DNA from: a virus
Lineage: Duplodnaviria; Heunggongvirae; Uroviricota; Caudoviricetes
Direction: 5' to 3' (one strand)
Length of the DNA stretch: 64,000 bases
Virus record (IMG/VR): IMGVR_UViG_3300037455_000543
Coordinates: 283,136 to 347,135 of that record
Part shown: piece after piece, positions 20,307 through 30,605 of the stretch
How positions within the stretch are numbered: the stretch's first letter is position 1
Layout of the letters: each line of letters opens with the position of its first letter
Notes under the pieces: generated by a model
Database searches by the model: none
What the model saw: the letters and a program-made list of their open reading frames with translations, nothing else
Told to the model about the DNA's origin: nothing
Program-made: the position numbers and the translations under genes

Positions 20307-20582
20307 TTACTTACCGTTATAAAGCGGATTGATTTGTTTCACTGCTTGGTAATTCGAGATGTTATGAAAAGTTCTTCCATCATCACAGATGAGCATCGGA
20401 TAATGCATATATGCTCCAGTGTTTTCCCGTGTCAATCGACCGACACATTCAATACCTCCAGGAAGGATGTAAGTCATGTGAGAGTCTTTGAAGCTCATGT
20501 CATATTGTTCTTGACAACCAGCTGCGACCATTGCTATTCCGATGGGAATCACGACCATTAGAGTAAGGATAAGTTTCTTCAT
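20307..20582 (-). CDS. Putative lipoprotein
   Basis: MKK...AAGC lipobox. Confidence 0.7.
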   Translation of the reverse strand: MKKLILTLMVVIPIGIAMVAAGCQEQYDMSFKDSHMTYILPGGIECVGRLTRENTGAYMHYPMLICDDGRTFHNISNYQAVKQINPLYNGK

Positions 20583-20638
20583 TGTTTAACCTCTTGTTGA
20601 TGTTTATAATATAGTAAATTCTGAATTTTTTGTAAACC

Positions 20639-20851
20639 TTATACTATGGTTCCTATTGTTACAGGCACCCCTACAAAGAACAGTGTCACGAGCAAAGAGA
20701 TGAAAAGGATCTCAGCAATCTTGAGAAGGACATAAGTTCCAATTGCAATGATCGTCTTTCCGAGACAACCACAATTGTTACCGAACTTTCCAACGATAAT
20801 GGCCGTCACAATCACGTTAAAGATGAAGAGAAGAAATCCGAGAAAAGACAT
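20639..20851 (-). CDS. Small membrane protein
   Basis: GGAGG RBS; hydrophobic. Confidence 0.7.
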   Translation of the reverse strand: MSFLGFLLFIFNVIVTAIIVGKFGNNCGCLGKTIIAIGTYVLLKIAEILFISLLVTLFFVGVPVTIGTIV

Positions 20852-20933
20852 TCATAACCTCCGTGTTATGATTATAATATAGAAAAAACCGGTTATTTTG
20901 TAACCGGTTCTATTCTGATTTTTCTGTTTCAGC

Positions 20934-21380
20934 CTACTCTTCGAGTTCGAACGAGTATTGTCCCGCGTAACATGGACCTGTGACCTTCTCTTCCAATCCG
21001 TTTTCTTTTTCGAAACATTGTACGATGTCAGAGAGATGGGTACAATCCAAAACACCAACGAACTTACGGAGAACCTTGATTTCGTCCCACGTAATCGGAT
21101 CGGCTTCTTCCAACCAACCTTGTACGTCTTCTACCGACATTTCATAGTATTCATGATTGTCATCATCAACGGTGACTTCGGGATCACATTCGTTGATTCG
21201 GTTGAGCAATTCTTCCTTTTGCTTTTCCGTAACGATAATCTTTTCCTTGCACCATGGACCGGAACCGCATTCGAAATCTACACAATAGAACTTCTTACTT
21301 GCGAGTTCATCTACGGTAAGTTTGCGACGGTCGCGGTTAATGTCAACTGCTCTTCTTAACTTAGGCATTATGTACTCCAT
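20934..21380 (-). CDS. Hypothetical protein
   Basis: Early promoter upstream. Confidence 0.75.
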   Translation of the reverse strand: MEYIMPKLRRAVDINRDRRKLTVDELASKKFYCVDFECGSGPWCKEKIIVTEKQKEELLNRINECDPEVTVDDDNHEYYEMSVEDVQGWLEEADPITWDEIKVLRKFVGVLDCTHLSDIVQCFEKENGLEEKVTGPCYAGQYSFELEE

Positions 21381-21486
21381 TTGTTAATCGTTATGTTCAT
21401 AATATAGAAAATTCTATTGTTTTTGTAATAAAAAACGACCAGAACTTTTGCTCTAGTCGTCTTTCGGAGGTTAACATGAAACTCTT

Positions 21487-21573
21487 TTAACAGTAGTATG
21501 CCAGAGTCACACAGAATCCAATCGCAACTGCGAATTCAATAATGTCTTCTGTAATCATTAAGAACTTTTTCAT
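21487..21573 (-). CDS. Small hydrophobic peptide (28 aa)
   Basis: MKKFLMITEDIIEFAVAIGFCVTLAYYC; AAGGAG RBS. Confidence 0.55.
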   Translation of the reverse strand: MKKFLMITEDIIEFAVAIGFCVTLAYYC

Positions 21574-21583
21574 TTTCTACTCC

Positions 21584-21781
21584 TTATCCGACAAATCCCG
21601 CAATTCCACCAAACACGAACGTAATTCCCTTCGCTTCGGTCTTAACGATGTCGGTAACGAAATAGACCGCGGAAGTAATCGTGTTACAGAGATGTTTGAC
21701 ACAGTTATAATCACCAACAATCATTCCGATGACGAAGAAGATTGCGAGAACGATGAGTGTGATAGTCAGGACTTTGGACAT
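21584..21781 (-). CDS. Small membrane protein
   Basis: GGAGG RBS and promoter. Confidence 0.7.
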   Translation of the reverse strand: MSKVLTITLIVLAIFFVIGMIVGDYNCVKHLCNTITSAVYFVTDIVKTEAKGITFVFGGIAGFVG

Positions 21782-21850
21782 GGTGTAACCTCCGTTGTTT
21801 GATTATAATATAGTTAATCTAGGACCATTTGTAAGTGGGAAAACTCAGAA

Positions 21851-22135
21851 TTAACTTTTACAGTCACCAGTGGCACACTTTCTCAAGAATTCTTCAAACA
21901 GGTTGATACCGTATTCTTTGTCATCCCATGGGATTGCAGTTGTCGACCACGGTTCCACGTAGACACAGAACATCGTACCACAGACGAAGACAGATTCGAG
22001 ATCCAGACGATAATGTAAACCGTCCAGATCACTGTCCCAATTATTGGAAAAATTCTTCATCATCGTTTCCGCTTCTTCTACGGTGTCGAATTCGATGACG
22101 AACGTGTGGTGTTTACGGTCAATATTCCATTTCAT
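21851..22135 (-). CDS. Hypothetical protein
   Basis: RBS and promoter. Confidence 0.7.
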   Translation of the reverse strand: MKWNIDRKHHTFVIEFDTVEEAETMMKNFSNNWDSDLDGLHYRLDLESVFVCGTMFCVYVEPWSTTAIPWDDKEYGINLFEEFLRKCATGDCKS

Positions 22136-22214
22136 ATTTAACTCTCCTGTTTGTTTATAATATAGAAAAATCCAGAGTTTTCGTAAACCCTGGATATTCT
22201 GGATTTTCTTTCAG

Positions 22215-22433
22215 TTATCGCTTGATTTTTACTTTTTGCGTACATGAATGCAGTTCGCTAGAATGTTTCTTGAAACAATTACTACAGACATATACAAGTA
22301 AATTGTCACGGTTCTTCCCATAAAGTCTGAACGAACCATCATTCTTCTTATGACACCAGTGACAACGTTTTTCTTTGTCGTTTCCACCAAGGTAGTTCAA
22401 CATTTTTGTTTCATCGTTTGAATAGTGAGGCAT
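22215..22433 (-). CDS. Small Zn-finger protein
   Basis: CHWC...CSNC. Confidence 0.65.
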   Translation of the reverse strand: MPHYSNDETKMLNYLGGNDKEKRCHWCHKKNDGSFRLYGKNRDNLLVYVCSNCFKKHSSELHSCTQKVKIKR

Positions 22434-22530
22434 TGTAATCTCCGTTAATCATCCCAACCGTTTTCGTCACCGAAACCTTCTCCAATCGCTTGGATAACCT
22501 GTAGACAGATAGAAAAGAACTTCTTAATCA

Positions 22531-22785
22531 TTATTCAACCTCCTTGAACCAACGTTGGAGATTATCCTTGAGTTCTTTTTCATCTGGAAAAGAATAATCT
22601 TCCGCCCAACAGACCAGAACCGAGAACTGTTTGTCAGAACCAGTGATGAAAAAGTTTTCAAGACCATTTGCATCGTAGTAATTGTCCATACGGTTACAGA
22701 TATATTCTACCTGACTTTCCGTCGCTCCAGAGAGTTCAAGAGTGATGACATCGACGGTGCTGTTGAAGTCAATTTCGATTTCCAT
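22531..22785 (-). CDS. Hypothetical protein
   Basis: RBS and promoter. Confidence 0.7.
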   Translation of the reverse strand: MEIEIDFNSTVDVITLELSGATESQVEYICNRMDNYYDANGLENFFITGSDKQFSVLVCWAEDYSFPDEKELKDNLQRWFKEVE

Positions 22786-22862
22786 AAGTTAATCTCCTAT
22801 TTTTATTATAATATAGTTAATTCTGGGCGATTTGTTAATGTAAAATAATCAGAATTGTTTGC

Positions 22863-23462
22863 TCAGACAGCATTAGTAGCTTTAATCTACAGAAAAGTCA
22901 GGAGTCTTTATCGACTCCCGACCACTTCTTCCGGGTACATACCAGTGGACCAGGTCGGATCGCTCCGGCTTGTTCTGTATTACATACACAATACTGTTAT
23001 CACACTGAAAAACATAAATCCGATCGAAATCTTAGACAGCAAATCAGTCTTAATGTTCTTACATGTTCCACATTCAATTCCGTTCAAATTCCAGATGTAA
23101 GGATTGTATGAATGAAAATCATAACCATTATCCCAGTCATGGAAATGATCATATCTCGGTTCTTCATACATTCCACCGTCTCGAAGAAGTTTGAATCCGT
23201 TTCGACCAACATACTGGATGAGTTCTTTCTTCGTCATCTTATGTTTGACAGTCTGTGTTCCAGCACAGCCAGCCTGATAAGTTACAGACACATTGTAGAT
23301 TCTTTTTTCTTGATTCATAATTAACCTTCCTTTTGTTTCACAAAAGATAGAAAAATTTTTGATTTTTGTATATAAAAAATCTAGAATTATAATTAATCAG
23401 ACAGCATTAGTAGCTTTAATCTACAGAAAAGTCAGGAGTCTTAATTGACTCCCGTCCACTTC
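22863..23462. repeat. Direct repeat flanking the 22980..23318 cassette
   Basis: 46-bp exact repeat at 22863-22908 and 23397-23442, continuing imperfectly through the terminator. Confidence 0.9.
22980..23318 (-). CDS. Hypothetical protein with C-terminal TM
   Basis: RBS and promoter variant. Confidence 0.7.
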   Translation of the reverse strand: MNQEKRIYNVSVTYQAGCAGTQTVKHKMTKKELIQYVGRNGFKLLRDGGMYEEPRYDHFHDWDNGYDFHSYNPYIWNLNGIECGTCKNIKTDLLSKISIGFMFFSVITVLCM

Positions 23463-23474
23463 AGAGACTGGAGG

Positions 23475-23969
23475 TTAATCCCATTCCTTACAGAGTTTCT
23501 TGTTTTCAAGATCCTTGAAGATTCCCTTCCAGTTGTTGTAACAATCGTCGAAGTATTCTTCCGGGTACATACCGGTGGACCAGGAGGAAGGATCTTCATC
23601 GTGAGAGGGTTCGTCTTCACCACAAATCACACACAATACCATCCTGACAACTTCTCGAATGTCCGGAGATACATAATCCATATCATCCCACTTCGTAGTT
23701 TCACCGTCACTGGTCTGTTCCAGATGATAAACGAGGTGGTAGAACGGATTCTCGTCCTTGTCGTCATGTTTCCAACAGATGGTGAGATGTCCTTCCGTAC
23801 ATTCCGGTTTGTCTTCACAGTAAGTGTGAATCTTGATGATGTCGAAGTTCTTTTCGTAAGTCAACTTTACGTCGACAGACGGGAAAGACCGAGCGATGTA
23901 GACTTGATTACCGAAGTCTTTGTTGATTCGTCCGATGATTTCAAAGATGTTGATGTTTTCTTTTTTCAT
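23475..23969 (-). CDS. Hypothetical protein
   Basis: RBS and promoter. Confidence 0.75.
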   Translation of the reverse strand: MKKENINIFEIIGRINKDFGNQVYIARSFPSVDVKLTYEKNFDIIKIHTYCEDKPECTEGHLTICWKHDDKDENPFYHLVYHLEQTSDGETTKWDDMDYVSPDIREVVRMVLCVICGEDEPSHDEDPSSWSTGMYPEEYFDDCYNNWKGIFKDLENKKLCKEWD

Positions 23970-24054
23970 GTGTTAATCTCCTTTCGATTATGACTATAAT
24001 ATAGAAAAAATCCAGAATTGTGTCAACCCTGGATTAAAGATTCTTATGTTGTGG

Positions 24055-24420
24055 TTAGCCATTATAGTCTTTGAAGAACTTCATATAACTGTTCCAAGCT
24101 TTCATGAACTTCGGTTTAGTCAGTGATTCCCAAGACAATACTCTGTCTTCCAGCCTCACTGTGACGGAAGGCATTTTGTCTTCGTCAAAACTGTAATACT
24201 GAACCGTTCCGTCCATGAACTTGATTTCCACACTCTTGAATCCGTCACAATCGTTCATTACGACGGAATAGACATGACCAATCCCTTCGAGACTTGTATT
24301 CGGCCAAAAAGACATTTCAGTTCCATATTTGTTCTTGGTGATGTTCACGATTCCCTTGTCAGACTGAGAGGCGAAGGCGATAGAGACGATGAGGAGAGCG
24401 AAGATGATGATTTTTTTCAT
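24055..24420 (-). CDS. Secreted hypothetical protein
   Basis: MKKIIIF...AFA signal peptide. Confidence 0.75.
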   Translation of the reverse strand: MKKIIIFALLIVSIAFASQSDKGIVNITKNKYGTEMSFWPNTSLEGIGHVYSVVMNDCDGFKSVEIKFMDGTVQYYSFDEDKMPSVTVRLEDRVLSWESLTKPKFMKAWNSYMKFFKDYNG

Positions 24421-24584
24421 GTTATTTTCCTTTTTGTTTGATTACAAGATAGTTAATTCTGAACTTCTTGTAAGTAGAAAATGTTAGAATTTAAATATAC
24501 AGTCGACATTCGTAGACATAATCAACAAAAAAACCTGGACCGTAACAGATCCAGGTTCTTCTCGGAAAGGGGTGATTAACAAAA

Positions 24585-24947
24585 TTACTTGTCGAAGTAC
24601 TGCCAACGAGTCTTTTCAACCTTCTGAATGAACTTTTCGTCCGGAACGAAATAATCATGGTCATTCTGGGTCTTCCATGCTTCGATGTTCTTTTCGACAG
24701 CGGAACGAGTGTAACGACACCAACCATCATGGGGACCAGACCAATCGGTCATATCCTTCTGATGCTGATACTTGATGGGAGTGCAGGTTTCTTCGTCGAA
24801 ACCTTCTTCATCTTCCACAATACCATTCATCTGAGCCTTTTCACGGGCACGACGCTGTTGTTTGGTATCGTGTTTCCACTTCTTCATTCCCCTGTGGGAG
24901 ACACAGCAACACGGACGCTTTGCAACTTTACGATAAGAACGAGACAT
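24585..24947 (-). CDS. Basic hypothetical protein (MSRSYRK family)
   Basis: N-terminal MSRSYRK; own terminator. Confidence 0.7.
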   Translation of the reverse strand: MSRSYRKVAKRPCCCVSHRGMKKWKHDTKQQRRAREKAQMNGIVEDEEGFDEETCTPIKYQHQKDMTDWSGPHDGWCRYTRSAVEKNIEAWKTQNDHDYFVPDEKFIQKVEKTRWQYFDK

Positions 24948-25022
24948 ATTTTATTTCCTTTTTAATTACGCCACTAAATATATAAAATTTTCAGAACTCT
25001 TAACACACTATCGGATTAAGCT

Positions 25023-25223
25023 TTATTCATTTAGCTCATCAGCCTGAAGCTGGTCAGCCGAATGAGCAGCGAGATATTGTTTACGGAACTTTTCGCCGGA
25101 TCTCTTAACCAACTCTCTTACGAACTCTTCACCAGGATCACAACCTCTGCGTTCTCCTTCCAGCCACTTCTCCACTTCAATCCAGTGGATTTGTTCCATC
25201 ATGTATCTCTGAAAATCGTCCAT
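25023..25223 (-). CDS. DUF4032-like small protein
   Basis: IEVEKWLEGERRGCDPG motif. Confidence 0.5.
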   Translation of the reverse strand: MDDFQRYMMEQIHWIEVEKWLEGERRGCDPGEEFVRELVKRSGEKFRKQYLAAHSADQLQADELNE

Positions 25224-25258
25224 AAAAAAGTTCCCCTCCTTTTTTATTTACGGACGGA

Positions 25259-25606
25259 TTACCCGTGACCGGCCGGAGCGTCGATGTGAATCACACGCTT
25301 CAAAGCTCGATATCCTTCAATCGAACCCCACTTCACACCGTCAATCTGCATTTCCCAGAGATCCCAGCGGTTACCGTAACACAGACACTTGTGGTTGATG
25401 ATCTTGACGTGCTTGTCCTTCAGGACCTGCGGTTTCCATTCGTCATCGTCATAAACCTTACGTCCATGAGAATCCCAGTAGATGTCAATCTTGACCTGCT
25501 TGAAATCCCCTTCGAAAAGGACTTCGTCGCCGAGATCCTGAGTCGGAATATGAATGACCGTAGCTTCCATCGGAACGCCGCCAACTTCAATCGTTTCTGT
25601 TGCCAT
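25259..25606 (-). CDS. Hypothetical protein
   Basis: Start at MATET after GAGGTT RBS. Confidence 0.7.
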   Translation of the reverse strand: MATETIEVGGVPMEATVIHIPTQDLGDEVLFEGDFKQVKIDIYWDSHGRKVYDDDEWKPQVLKDKHVKIINHKCLCYGNRWDLWEMQIDGVKWGSIEGYRALKRVIHIDAPAGHG

Positions 25607-25802
25607 ATTGTATAACCTCTTGTTGATGTGTATAATATAGTAACTTCTGACAATCCTGTCAATAGGTAATATCAGAATTATTTTCTTCAGTAATCCATGG
25701 CCACATATATTCATACTCGCGTTTTAAGACCCTGTTTATAATACCAGTGTAATTACACCTGTAATAATAAATACTGTCCCAGAACGCGAATATGAACGAT
25801 TA

Positions 25803-26438
25803 TTAGTAGTAATTCTGCCAAACCTTCTCGGTCAATCCTGCATCGACAATAACCAACTTGCCTTTAGGGTTGATACCATAATTAGCCATCCTATGTGACA
25901 TCAGGTCGCCGACTGCCATATCATTCTTTACGATGAAATTCACGAACTTTTTCGCAATGTCTGTATTGTGAACCTTCAGCGTCGACGGTGCAACTCCGTG
26001 TTTCTTATAGAGATATTTGTGTAAAAGCTGGTCAAACTGTTTCGGCGACATCTTGAAACGTTCTTTAATATTGGTTCTGTCTGCTCTGGTACAATAATCT
26101 ACGACCAACCAGGCTGGACGAACATGAGGTTCCTTTCGATGAACCTTGCATACGAATTCAGACTTGATTCCTGCTTCTACCTTATTCTGTTCAAGACCTG
26201 CTTCACTGGTTGCGACTTTCAAGACCAAACCATCTTCCAAGAGATAAGCCTGTCTGCTGGAACCTTCACCAATCCTGGGAAGAACAATCGAATTACGGAG
26301 CTTTTCCAGTGCATTGTAGTAGACTTCATAAGAATCAAATACATGGTTCAAGGATATAAAACTGTCACGTTCTTCGCGGTAGAACTTCTTATAATCCTTG
26401 TTCAACCTTGCCAGCAACTGTTTGGTTTCCTTTTTCAT
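25803..26438 (-). CDS. Protein-kinase-like protein
   Basis: IGEGSSR Gly loop, VLKVA, NKVE, GDL..H..N, IVDAG. Confidence 0.7.
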   Translation of the reverse strand: MKKETKQLLARLNKDYKKFYREERDSFISLNHVFDSYEVYYNALEKLRNSIVLPRIGEGSSRQAYLLEDGLVLKVATSEAGLEQNKVEAGIKSEFVCKVHRKEPHVRPAWLVVDYCTRADRTNIKERFKMSPKQFDQLLHKYLYKKHGVAPSTLKVHNTDIAKKFVNFIVKNDMAVGDLMSHRMANYGINPKGKLVIVDAGLTEKVWQNYY

Positions 26439-26745
26439 TATACCTCCCAGATATAAATGTTGGGGTTTGTCTTCTTCAGGTCATTGTAGACACGTTCGAC
26501 TGTCCTGTAATCGGGGTCCTTATAGAGTACTTTTCGACCTTCGCGGATAGAATAGATTTTCTTGCAGTTGATGAATTCCATTACCGAATCTCCTTATCGT
26601 TGAGGGTTACGTCCACAACCTTTAATCCCCACTTCTTTGCGAGTTCCCGAACCAGTTGCGACTTGCTAGGTGCAGTTCTCATTCTTACGGTGAATTCTTC
26701 GTTGAATCCTGTAATTTTTTCATTGAATCCCATTAGACTGTCTCC

Positions 26746-27153
26746 TTACACGTTTACGTCTTCGTTTTCCAACACCACACCATGATCGGTAAGGAACTTG
26801 AGAACCTGTTCACGGTTATAGACACTGAGATCGATGGTGAAGCTGGTGACACCAGTAATGGTCAATGTCTGGGACGATTTGGGATTGCAGAACAGGATAG
26901 TGGAATCTTCACCCATTCGATCATCCAGCTGATCACACTTCTGGAATTCATACCAAGGCTGGAGATTGGACAAGACAAGACCTGTCGGAACATAACGAAC
27001 ATGCGGTGAACACTTCACTTCGTGGATCCTTCCGTAATACTTCATGGGACCCATCTGACCGTGACGGTCCTTATCCTTATGCTGGTTGATGATGATGTTG
27101 AAACCGCGTTCGGTGAAGTTTTGGCAGTTGAGTTCGAGATAATCTTTCTTCAT
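26746..27153 (-). CDS. Hypothetical protein
   Basis: RBS and promoter. Confidence 0.7.
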   Translation of the reverse strand: MKKDYLELNCQNFTERGFNIIINQHKDKDRHGQMGPMKYYGRIHEVKCSPHVRYVPTGLVLSNLQPWYEFQKCDQLDDRMGEDSTILFCNPKSSQTLTITGVTSFTIDLSVYNREQVLKFLTDHGVVLENEDVNV

Positions 27154-27233
27154 AATAACCTCATTGTTATGTCTATAATATAAAAAATCCGGATTGAATT
27201 GTCAACCCGGAAAATTCAGAATTATGCGTTCAG

Positions 27234-27515
27234 TCAGGTAGGATCGCCGTAGTATTCCTTGTAGAAGTCGGACTCCAGGAATTCGTTGATTTCATCAATA
27301 AACCCCTGGTTCGTCCCTCGACGAATGAATGACTTTTCGGCGCCGTCATCACACGAGAATGTGATTGGAACTTGTGGAAGATCTCTGAGTCTTTTCGAAT
27401 ATACTACGGTTCTTCCGTCCGTAAGTTCCAAGTCCGTCTTCGTGAATCTGACGTTATACCCAGTGACGTCGACAAACCCATGGTCAGGGCTTTTGATACC
27501 GACAATTTTACGCAT
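27234..27515 (-). CDS. Hypothetical protein
   Basis: Overlaps the stop of the upstream gene. Confidence 0.65.
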   Translation of the reverse strand: MRKIVGIKSPDHGFVDVTGYNVRFTKTDLELTDGRTVVYSKRLRDLPQVPITFSCDDGAEKSFIRRGTNQGFIDEINEFLESDFYKEYYGDPT

Positions 27516-28236
27516 CGACAACCTTCTTTCCAGTCTTACCGTCTACATACTTTCCGTCGACATATTCGAGAAAGCTGTCCACGTTGTCGATATCGACACT
27601 CCAGCGTTGCTTTTCGCTTGCCATGAAGTTCTTATACCAACTTTCCTGAGTATAGTCTTTCACCTTCGGTGCAGTCTTGTAGTAACGAAGACCGTCATAG
27701 TTGAACTTTACCACAGGATTGGTATAGTCGGCGTCATTCCTCAAGGAAGGAATCCAGTTCTTCATCGGCACGAAGTTGGTAATCAGTTCATTCAAGCGGA
27801 CACAGAACAATATTTCCTGTTCAGTAATCGACTTACTCGATACAGTGTTTATGCCGTTATACCTGGCTTCGCCATGGTTAGAGATGAACATGGAAGACCA
27901 GAACCCGCGGAGTCCCTGACGTTCAGCGAAGTCCTTCGCATGACACCAGACACCAATGACCCGATTGCAACGGATTTTGTCCTTGTTTTTTGCGTTGATG
28001 AGATATCCGTCCTTTCCAGAGAACATTCCAGCCGGATTGAGCAGACCCTGCGGAGTTCCGTGTCCACACATAATCAGAGTGTCATGTTCCTTTTCAATTG
28101 CGGAAGTTACCAGTTCGACAGCATTTGCGGTTTTCTTAGTAATTTCAACAACTTTCACGTTGGGAATTCCCTTCCAGATGTAACGAAGTACAGCGGTATC
28201 GGTGTCACCCATGTTAGAGAAGATTACAGTTGCCAT
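27508..28236 (-). CDS. Hypothetical protein, possible caspase-hemoglobinase fold
   Basis: IMCGHG and IGVWC could form a His-Cys dyad. Confidence 0.5.
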   Translation of the reverse strand: MATVIFSNMGDTDTAVLRYIWKGIPNVKVVEITKKTANAVELVTSAIEKEHDTLIMCGHGTPQGLLNPAGMFSGKDGYLINAKNKDKIRCNRVIGVWCHAKDFAERQGLRGFWSSMFISNHGEARYNGINTVSSKSITEQEILFCVRLNELITNFVPMKNWIPSLRNDADYTNPVVKFNYDGLRYYKTAPKVKDYTQESWYKNFMASEKQRWSVDIDNVDSFLEYVDGKYVDGKTGKKVVDA

Positions 28237-28372
28237 TTTTATTGTCTCCAGTTTTATGGTTTCTAATGAACTCAAGTAATCAGGTCATTCTAATCACTCA
28301 TTCATTATACCTATAATATAGTTAAATTCTGAATGTTTGTCAATGGGGAAAGTTTAGAATTATTTCTTCAGT

Positions 28373-28918
28373 TTACTTCCATAGCTTCATGAGCTGAGAA
28401 CCCTTCAGTACTTCCACACCGTCTTCATACATCTTCACACGACACAGTGTCTTGCCGGAGTCGTAAGTCTTACGTTCACGAACTACCTCAATGGTCTTTC
28501 CGTCAATCTGACCCTTGATACTGTCCATCGTAATCGTCCATGCATCACGGTGATTTTTAATTGCCTGAGCCACGGTTGAAACCAGTGCCGGGTCCTTCTT
28601 GATCTTGGTGAACAGCTTGTTTTCCTGCAAACAGTAGAGGAGAGTGTAGAAAAGCTTCTTCTTCCAATCACCGAGGTTTACTGTCTTCCATTCTTCGCCG
28701 TTCAACTGCTTCAGGTTCGTCTTGTTAAAGTCACGACCTGTTCGAGACTTACGGGAGATGTTTTCGACCATGTAGGTATTCGTGTCTGTCTGGATAGTCC
28801 ACGTTTCCTTTTCTTCGGTCTTTTCGTGTGCGGTTACATGCCCCGACTTTGCTGCGGTGACAATCGACTTGATCGTGGCCTCACAAGTAGGAACAACATT
28901 TACATTGGGTTCTGACAT
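28373..28918 (-). CDS. Hypothetical protein
   Basis: AAGGAG RBS, promoter variant. Confidence 0.75.
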   Translation of the reverse strand: MSEPNVNVVPTCEATIKSIVTAAKSGHVTAHEKTEEKETWTIQTDTNTYMVENISRKSRTGRDFNKTNLKQLNGEEWKTVNLGDWKKKLFYTLLYCLQENKLFTKIKKDPALVSTVAQAIKNHRDAWTITMDSIKGQIDGKTIEVVRERKTYDSGKTLCRVKMYEDGVEVLKGSQLMKLWK

Positions 28919-29017
28919 AGATAGTCTCCTTAATTGAATTTTTACTTAATAAAGATAATTAAATTTGGATATTTTGTAAACCCTTTTCTTCAGACTTAAT
29001 TCATTCGGTTGGCCTTA

Positions 29018-29257
29018 TTAGATTATTACCACTTTTTGGCCATCCTCGCCTTTCTCAGCGGGAACAAACACTTCATAAGAATAATCTGTTCCGTCAAATC
29101 TGTCCCAGGTCCGTCTTGTTTCAACTACCATGGTGTCAACCTTGGGATAAAGATTTACTTTCTGATACCCGCTGCGTTCCATGTCGCTCTGGTACTGAAT
29201 GATTTCCAGCTCAGGATCAAGTTTCTGAAGCTTTTCGATAAGTTCTTTTACTTTCAT
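29018..29257 (-). CDS. Hypothetical phage protein (MKVKELIEKL family)
   Basis: N-terminal motif; RBS. Confidence 0.75.
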   Translation of the reverse strand: MKVKELIEKLQKLDPELEIIQYQSDMERSGYQKVNLYPKVDTMVVETRRTWDRFDGTDYSYEVFVPAEKGEDGQKVVII

Positions 29258-29259
29258 TG

Positions 29260-29421
29260 TTATTCTCCTTTTAATTGTTTAATTCTTGCCGGGATAACCT
29301 TCTTCATGTTACATTCGTCACAGCAGACACCATTCTTAATCACAGGTTCGGCATTGTTACCGTAACCATAGAACGGAAGTCCACAGAAACAGCATGTGTA
29401 TTTCAGGTTCTGTTCACTCAT
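29260..29421 (-). CDS. Small Zn-binding phage protein (53 aa)
   Basis: Manual ORF ...CCFCG...GNNAEPV..GVCCDECN. Confidence 0.65.
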   Translation of the reverse strand: MSEQNLKYTCCFCGLPFYGYGNNAEPVIKNGVCCDECNMKKVIPARIKQLKGE

Positions 29422-29432
29422 GATTTATCTCC

Positions 29433-29666
29433 TTATTCAATTTCTTCAATCCAGTATGAAACTCCTTCTGACTTGTCATATTTCTTTTCCCGTTTCAGAA
29501 TTCGTTCAGCATTAACCTTGTCGAATTTCTGGGCTTTAGACTTATCAGAAGTCAAATCAATTTCATTCGGACTGTAATCCTTATAATAAGAGGTATTCCA
29601 GTCATAGTCTTTCTTTTTGGCATTCCATACTCGGATTGCAATACAGATTCGATAAAGTTTATCCAT
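29433..29666 (-). CDS. Hypothetical protein (TxDxxxAxxF family)
   Basis: LTSDKSKAQKF. Confidence 0.7.
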   Translation of the reverse strand: MDKLYRICIAIRVWNAKKKDYDWNTSYYKDYSPNEIDLTSDKSKAQKFDKVNAERILKREKKYDKSEGVSYWIEEIE

Positions 29667-29765
29667 TGTTCTCTCTCGTTTATGTCTATAATATAATAAA
29701 TTCTGGTTATTCTGTCAATACATATTTTTAGAATTTATATATCCAGTCAACATTATAAATAGTAC

Positions 29766-30554
29766 ATGAGCAGTTTTAATGACTACGTTATCGACCAAGC
29801 AGTTCAGACAGGTTGTCCCGAGGATTACCTCACTGAGAAGATGTGGTTCGACTATAAGACCCGTAACGGTAAGAAGACAAAGAAGTGGCACACCACCAGA
29901 AAGAATTACCGTATTCAGATCAATAAAAAGACAGGACAGCCGAAAGAAGTATATATCTCCCCAATGGAAAGACTCAAGAGAAAGATTGGTCAAAAGAAAG
30001 CCGCTCTCAAACGTAAGTCCAAGCAGAAGAATATCACAGCAAAACGTCTGAAGTCCTTCGGTGTTCGTCGTAAGACTGGTATGAAGTATAACACAGTAGG
30101 ACATACCAGTACGAAGAAGAAAGCAAGATCCATCAGAACGTATGACCCATACCACGAATACGGTGGATTACATCCCAATATGTACGAATCACAGTTGTTA
30201 CTGGAATTCCCACATATCGAGGTTCTTCCTGACTTCATCTGGGATTTCTATGAAGAATGTGGTAGTTCAGACGGTTCATGGTTAATGCAGTTAGTCTCAC
30301 TGTATAAAGACCACCGCATGGTTTCATTACGACAGGGCGAAGATGATGATAATAACCGTGAGTACGGAGATAACGGAGTTTATAACCTTACTCCAGGAGA
30401 ATTGGAACGAGTAACATATAACCTCTGCAGAGATACATGGTTTATCAAGTACGCGAGAGACGGGTATAAGAAACTCTCTGAAGAAAACAGGGACTTGTTC
30501 GATCTGTACGTTGACGAGCGACTACTGTATAAGATACTTGACGGATATATTTAA
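29766..30554 (+). CDS. Late basic protein, prohead-core-like N-terminal half
   Basis: TATAAATA-N4-ATG; ERLKRKIGQKKAALKRKSK; lone plus-strand gene in the region. Confidence 0.7.
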   Translation: MSSFNDYVIDQAVQTGCPEDYLTEKMWFDYKTRNGKKTKKWHTTRKNYRIQINKKTGQPKEVYISPMERLKRKIGQKKAALKRKSKQKNITAKRLKSFGVRRKTGMKYNTVGHTSTKKKARSIRTYDPYHEYGGLHPNMYESQLLLEFPHIEVLPDFIWDFYEECGSSDGSWLMQLVSLYKDHRMVSLRQGEDDDNNREYGDNGVYNLTPGELERVTYNLCRDTWFIKYARDGYKKLSEENRDLFDLYVDERLLYKILDGYI

Positions 30555-30605
30555 ATATGAAAAAGACCGGTATGAACACCGGCCTTTAATTTTTCAGGAT
30601 TTCAA

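Noticed and set aside
4329-21490. Plus-strand peptides starting at GGAGGTTAACATGAAA
   Set aside because: Lengths of 4-38 aa, no conservation beyond MK, and no plus-strand promoter seen
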